A DNA stretch of 54,239 nucleotides from Tubiluchus corallicola (Eukaryota > Animalia > Priapulida): positions 1,024,474 to 1,078,712 of the forward strand of contig JAQGDQ010000027.1 of the NCBI GenBank assembly GCA_030141605.1, written 5' to 3'. The position numbers were made by a program, and so were the translations under genes. The notes under the pieces were generated by a model. The model worked only from the letters and a program-made list of their open reading frames with translations, ran no database searches and was not told the DNA's origin. Shown here piece by piece: positions 48,300-54,239 of this stretch (its first letter is position 1; every line of letters begins with the position of its first letter).

Positions 48300-50640
48300 G
48301 AAAAACCAGGTAATATGAGAGATGTGCTTTTTTCAGCAGCCACCCAACTATTTAGTTGTAAGGTCCTATAGTGCCTAACTTTTATCACTAGATATTCTTC
48401 ACGCCACCTCTCAACTTGTTCAACATCGCCCGCAGTTACCCAAAAAGTAACTACCTGTTAGATTTACCCAAAAGAGTAGAATATCTTCTCTTGGCATAAA
48501 CCTTCGGGGTTATTCTCGATCTTTTAAGAAACTTTCGAAAATCGTCGTATATTATGAAGAAATTATTTTCCGTTACTATTCCTGGTGCCTCTTCCTGAGT
48601 TTTCTCATGTTTTGATTTCTTTAAGTTAATTTTAAATGTGAGTGCACTCTCGATGCATGTTTAACATCATTGATGAAGATAGAATTTAAAATTTCTTTGA
48701 AAGTTTTTAGCCAGAAGAACTTTATATATTACAGAAAGCTGCAGTTTTAGGAAGTCTGCAAATTTGCATTACGTCAGAAGTTTAGCAAATTTTACTCAAC
48801 CAAGATATTAAATTTTGGCTATAGTTCAGTGCTATATAATAAATCATGAATAATAAATTAGCGTTTTTGATGAAATAGACCTCTTTGAGGCATTTTTGAC
48901 TGGGAAACAATCCTGAGAATTTTGATGTTTTTGTGAAACCCCGTGAATTTGTAGAATTAAAAATACTAAATCTCTGGCAAAAGAGATTACATAATGTTGA
49001 TAAGTTGTAAAAGTGTTACTATCGTGCAGCACAATTTAGTTAAAATGCCCTTCTCAAGGCAAAGTTTAGAGTCGCTATTATTTTTAATAGTTCGCATAGT
49101 AAACAAAAGTCCTACACAAAATTAGTCCTACCTGAAACTTCCCCTGGGAGTTCCAGGTAGGCAGCTTATCCAAACAAAAAACCTTCTACATTCTATTGAC
49201 TTTCGTGTCTGTATTTGCTTTCCATCTCTTCTAACTCTTTCACTTGGAGTTCCAGATTAACTAAACAAAAAAGATTCTCCCGTCTATTGATAATATTGTC
49301 TGTCTTTTAACCCATTCTTTCCAGTATTTAAACAGGGCGCAACTAGGGCAAAACAGTCGTATAACCTTTATCGCTAGATATTCTTCACGCCACCTGCAGA
49401 TCAAATGTAGTTCCGTCTGAGAGCACTGGGAATAGAGCTTTGTTATCAAAGCGAGGTGTGTTCTATTATTTTTGTTGGAAGTTTTATGCTTGTAATAATA
49501 TATCTCCCTGGGAAACATGTTTTGTTAAGATTGAAAGGAATGTATTTTTAGATTTGAAAGCTTTTCAAAGTGTTTGTATAGCAAATATTGGGGTAAAAGC
49601 TTTTCCTATGATAATAAAGGGCGAGACAGCTTAATAATAATTCCTGTTTGGATAAAGCGGAGAAATCTGAAAGTGCTCAGGAACGTGAACAAAAGACTCT
49701 TTACATTCTGTTTTATTCAAGTTCTGTTATTGATTTTGAGCATTGTTAAACTGCTGGAAGTGGCTCGGAAGTAAAGAAAATATTTTCCCACATTTTAACA
49801 TCTTGTGCAATTTACCCACACTGAATTTACCCCCTACCTGAACACCTGGGAATGATCACAGGGAATAGTTAAGTAAGAAAAATTGAATGAACCGAATGCC
49901 CTATAACTGAGAAGGATTTTGGAACATTTTTGTTTTTCCAATGAAAAATTTACATTTTGCCAAATTTGCTGATACCGTTACATATGAAACTGTGTTAACC
50001 AGATGTAATTGAAAATGCTGGGGGGGGGGAAATTTTTGTAAATCATTTCAGCATCATTTCAAATTCTATATGCCATTGATTCAAAATTATTAATAGGTTT
50101 CTGTAAACTTGCAGTGAATATTTTTCCATGTTATTAAGTTCATGGGCAAATCAACCACTCAAGAATTGCTACCCCTGTGACAAGAAAGAGCTTTCAAATC
50201 CGAGGCCCATAAATATTCGTCTTAGAACTTGTTTTGTTTGTGTTGGGATGTGAAAAATTTCTAAAATTTACTTAAAATTATCTTGTGTCAATAAATCAGC
50301 CTAGGAGCCTAAAGAAAGACTCCACCGAAAGAGTTAAGAAAATAAAGCAGAACAATTACACACTTAAACTTCAAAGCCTGCATTCCATACCTGGGAAAGA
50401 TTTAAGAAAACATAGCAGAGTATTTACAGACTTGAATTTTAATATATTGAATTTCTGCAAATATATGGGTAAAAACCAGACTCTTTTGCCATGATAACAA
50501 AGGAGAGGCTGTGTAATAATAATAGCTGTTTAGATAAGAGGTGAGGTATTTAAAGTGCTCTACCACTTGAGCAAACATGGCTCGATATGAAAGAGTAATT
50601 TTCTAAAGTGAATTGTTTGAAGAAGAGCTCTCATGTGCAT
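48300..50640 (-). repeat. Inverted copies of the composite repeat family
   Basis: 49140-49345 is the reverse complement of 28818-29110; 49430-50220 of 35000-35830; 50220-50560 of 27231-27630; 48300-48415 of 33565-33690. Confidence 0.88.
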
Positions 50641-50649
50641 CATTTCTTC

Positions 50650-52790
50650 CATACGCATCGCTACACTCAGTGCTCCAGCATGTGTGCGAATGCAACACGT
50701 CTCTGTCGTGCTCTACACAGGCAGGCATACTTGGGTAAAATATTTTCGTCATCTAATGAATGTACACTATCCAATAATGAATGTCGAGAAGTAGTAGAAA
50801 AGGCTGAATAATGAAAACTGTGTTAGTAAATTTCAAGGATTAAACCAAACAAAACCTTGTACTTAAATAAATCTGTGTCTTCTTGTTACACTGGCAAATA
50901 TTTTGTGGGAGGGCTGTAGGCGGCAAAAATGCATCACTAGTCTTGTATCTGCTTTAGGTCTGTACGAGACAGTATAGGAATCTTAACTCATGTCAAAACT
51001 AGATTTTTTTCTTATTCCTGGGCTCATTTTTGGCACACAATGTGCGCAACACAGAAAGTTCTGTCCATGATTTAAATTAGATCTAAGGACAATTTATTCA
51101 CATCAATAATTAATAACCACAAGACAATATCAAGTCAAAGAAAGCAATGCAAGAGTAAGATTATTCATACTAAAGAGCAGATAAAAATAATCCGAAGTTT
51201 TTGAATTTGAATGATAACAGGGTTGATGCCAGGTGATTGATATTTGAGAGACAATTTCTGTCTTCAGCAAACAAATCACTTTACGCATACGCTACACTCA
51301 GTGCTCCAGCATGTGTACGAAGGGAATGCATCTCTGCCATGCTCTGCATAGACTTGCATATACTTGGGTAAAATATTTTCATCAACTAATGAATGTACAC
51401 TATCCAATAATGAATGTCGAGATGTAGTAGAAAAGGCTGAATAATGAAAACTGTGTTAGTGAATTTCAAGGATTAAACCAAACAAAACCTTGTACTTAAA
51501 TAAATCTGTGTCTTCTTGCTACACTGGCAAATATATTTGGGTGTGCGGTAGGTGGCAAAAATGCATAACTAGTCTTGTATCTGCTTTAGGTCTGTACGAG
51601 ACAGTATGTGCGCAACACAGAAAGTTCTGTCCATGATTTAAATTAGATCTAAGGGACAATTTATTTACAACAATAATTAATAACCACAAGACAATATCAA
51701 GTCAAAGAAAGCAATGCAAAAGTAAGACTATTCATACTAAAGAGCAGACAAAAATAATCCGAAGTTTTTTAATTTGAATGATAACAGGGGTGGCGCCAGG
51801 AGATTGATATTAGAGAGACAATTTCTGTCTTCAGCAAACAAATCACTTTAGAGAATTACTCTTTCATATTGAGCCATGTTTGGTCATGTGATTGAACACT
51901 TGTCTTGTTATTGTGCCTATAAATCCTTTTAGTCTTATAAAACTTGGCATTTCCCATGCGGTTATATTATTACAAATCTCACTTCAAACATTGTTTAACA
52001 ATTTTGATTTTAAATGCATAATACTAAATCAAAAAACAATCGTTTTTTCTCAACTCACTTGCGTACTTCTTAATCACTACTGGTTGTTGTTAATTATTAT
52101 TTTTTGATAAATTTTTGCACTTAATATTTTCTTCTTGTTGTTCAGTATTTACTTTAAAAAATAAATTTGTTTCTGGTTTATCGCACCAAATGAAAGCTGT
52201 TCTGCTGCTTTTCTAATATTGTTTTGGGCACGTCCACAGTAAGGATTTGTGTCATTTACTGTTTATTCAGTCTGATCCAGGGGTAGAGCCATGCTGTGCT
52301 AGCTGTTAAATTCTACAATTTTCTTAATATAGTGTTAAATTTTTCCCGATTTTGCGCAGCCAATAAAAGTCTTTAAAGTAATAATTTGAAAAGTCATGTG
52401 TACGAAGGGAACGCGTCTCTGCCATGCTCTGCATAGACAGGCTTACTTGGGTAAAATATTTAATGAATGTACACTATCCAATAATGAATGTCGAGAAGTA
52501 GTAGAAAAGGCTGCATGATGAAAACTGTGTTAGTAAATTTCAAGGATTAGAGCAAACAAAACCTTGTACATAAATAAGTCTGTGTCTTCTTGTTACGCTG
52601 ATAAATATATTTGGGGGTGCGGGAGGTGGTAAAAATGCATCACTAGTCTTGTATCTGCTTTAGGTCTGTACGAGACAGTATAGGAATCTTAACTCATGTC
52701 AAAACTCGATTTTTTTCTTATTCCTGGGTTCATTTTTGGCACACAATGTGCGCAACACAGAAAGTTCTGTCCATGATTTAAATTAGATCC
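50650..52790 (-). repeat. Three dispersed-tandem copies of a ~400-630-bp unit
   Basis: AATGAATGTACACTATCCAATAATGAATGTCGAGA...GTCCATGATTTAAATTAGATC starts near 50755, 51388 and 52462. Confidence 0.92.
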
Positions 52791-53339
52791 AGTTTCTGTC
52801 AATGATCGTATACTCAAATAAGCCAAAGAGATTTTTTAAACATCCGTTGATAACAACAAGACTATTTCAAATCAATGAAAGCAATGTTAATTTAAGATTC
52901 AGTTCAAGAGTTTATTCATTTCCACTTTGCATCTTACAATTATCATTAAAATACAGATAATTATCCATTTAAGTAAATATAAATATAAATAAATGCAGTG
53001 TTATCGAGAAATTACAAAATGCAGCATATACATGTGCAAATTACATTATAGAATAATTGTGATGCATACAGTTTGAGCCTAAAATCACGGCTTGACAGGC
53101 CAAACTGTACGTGGAAATCTTAAAAAAAAGTGGGGGGAGTAGTAATTTCAAGAATTTATGAAATGGTTGACCGATATTTGGAAATACAGTGAATACCTTG
53201 GCTACACAAGTTAATACTTACTAAATAATTGACCTAGAGTAAATTATTTTCCATCTCCTTTATAGGAACTAGTGTGCCCAATTTTATAAGCAGTGATGAT
53301 TATGCAGTGATATAGTGCATTATTAGTAACATTTATTAT

Positions 53340-53470
53340 AACGATCATGATGATGATGATGGCGACGAAGAAGTTGATGATACTCATGATGATGATCTAG
53401 GTGATGATCATAATGGTGATGATGATGATGATGACGACGTTGATTAGTGATAATGATTATTGTTATTGTT
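53340..53470. repeat. (GAT)n-like low-complexity tract
   Basis: Imperfect trinucleotide repeat. Confidence 0.8.
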
Positions 53471-53779
53471 AATATGACTCCTTTTCTGGTTCCTTTTACA
53501 AACTCACTTGTAGTTTTTTTACAATTTTTTTCTACAAACTCAAATTTTTCTACAGACAGCCACTTATCTGCACTGTCCAAAAAATATAATGGCAAATGCC
53601 CCCTTGTAATAAGCTTATTCTATAACTTGCTGAATATGGTTATCAGTGGTCATCGACTGTAAATATAAATAAAACTCAAGCAGTTATTTCTTATAAAACA
53701 GGCAAAAATTTAAAAAAATATAATTTTTGCTTTAAGGATTGAAACTTTTGAAAGTAAAAGAAAAATAAATATTTAGTTT

Positions 53780-54010
53780 TAGAGTTCGGTAATTTGGGTT
53801 ATTTTAGGGATAGTATTAATACCATAAATGATACAGGTATGAAATGTATAAATTTATTACATCAGACTTTATTTTCTTATGATATTAATTCACAGATAAC
53901 AATAAGAATTTTCAATGCTGTCATCAGGCCTCAATGTTCGAATGCTTCAGATATATGGTTACCACATTTTTATAATTTTTGAAGAATAATGAATATTAAA
54001 TTTGCAGACC
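53780..54010 (+). pseudogene. Short decayed LINE post-RT fragment
   Basis: IRIFNAVIRPQCSNASDIW resembles the LF.a.v.PiL.Y.seiW motif. Confidence 0.45.
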
Positions 54011-54239
54011 TTTTCATAGGGACCTGTTACAGGGAGAGTTGCCTTAGCCATATTCTCTGTTTCTATCTATCGTAAAAATAAACTGGAAACACAACAGATG
54101 AGTTTTTCAGAGAGCCACTCATCCATTTAGTTGGAAGTTTATATAGTGCGTAACTTTCATCGCACTCTTCACGTAATCATTCAACTTTTTCTGTTGTTCT
54201 CAATAAGTGACAGAAGATCAAAAGCAGTTCCATCTGAGA

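Overview
AT-rich, repeat-dense animal (probably invertebrate) genomic DNA; nothing prokaryotic and no rRNA, tRNA or CRISPR array seen. 1-7203: near full-length, frameshifted BEL/Pao LTR retrotransposon (minus strand) whose Gag starts with a SAP-like motif. 7.2-15.3 kb: nested stack of decayed LINEs. One of them is split by a 4.07-kb AcademX-type DNA transposon (TAG terminus, 3-bp ATA target duplication) whose 1025-aa ORF is still open but appears internally deleted. 16.9-17.9 kb: 21-bp minisatellite with a 293-bp higher-order duplication. About 19.6-23.7 kb: exons of a host WSCD-family sulfotransferase-like gene, with no PAPS 5'-PSB exon that I could find. 25-54 kb: Helitron-like non-autonomous elements in head-to-tail arrangement, a Maverick/Polinton-like accessory gene fragment (36.2-37.3 kb), a probable decayed LRR-TM-TIR (Toll-like) gene (43.8-46.4 kb), further LINE fragments, microsatellites, and a large modular non-coding repeat family in mirror orientation. 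All family assignments come from motif recognition by eye; no searches were run.
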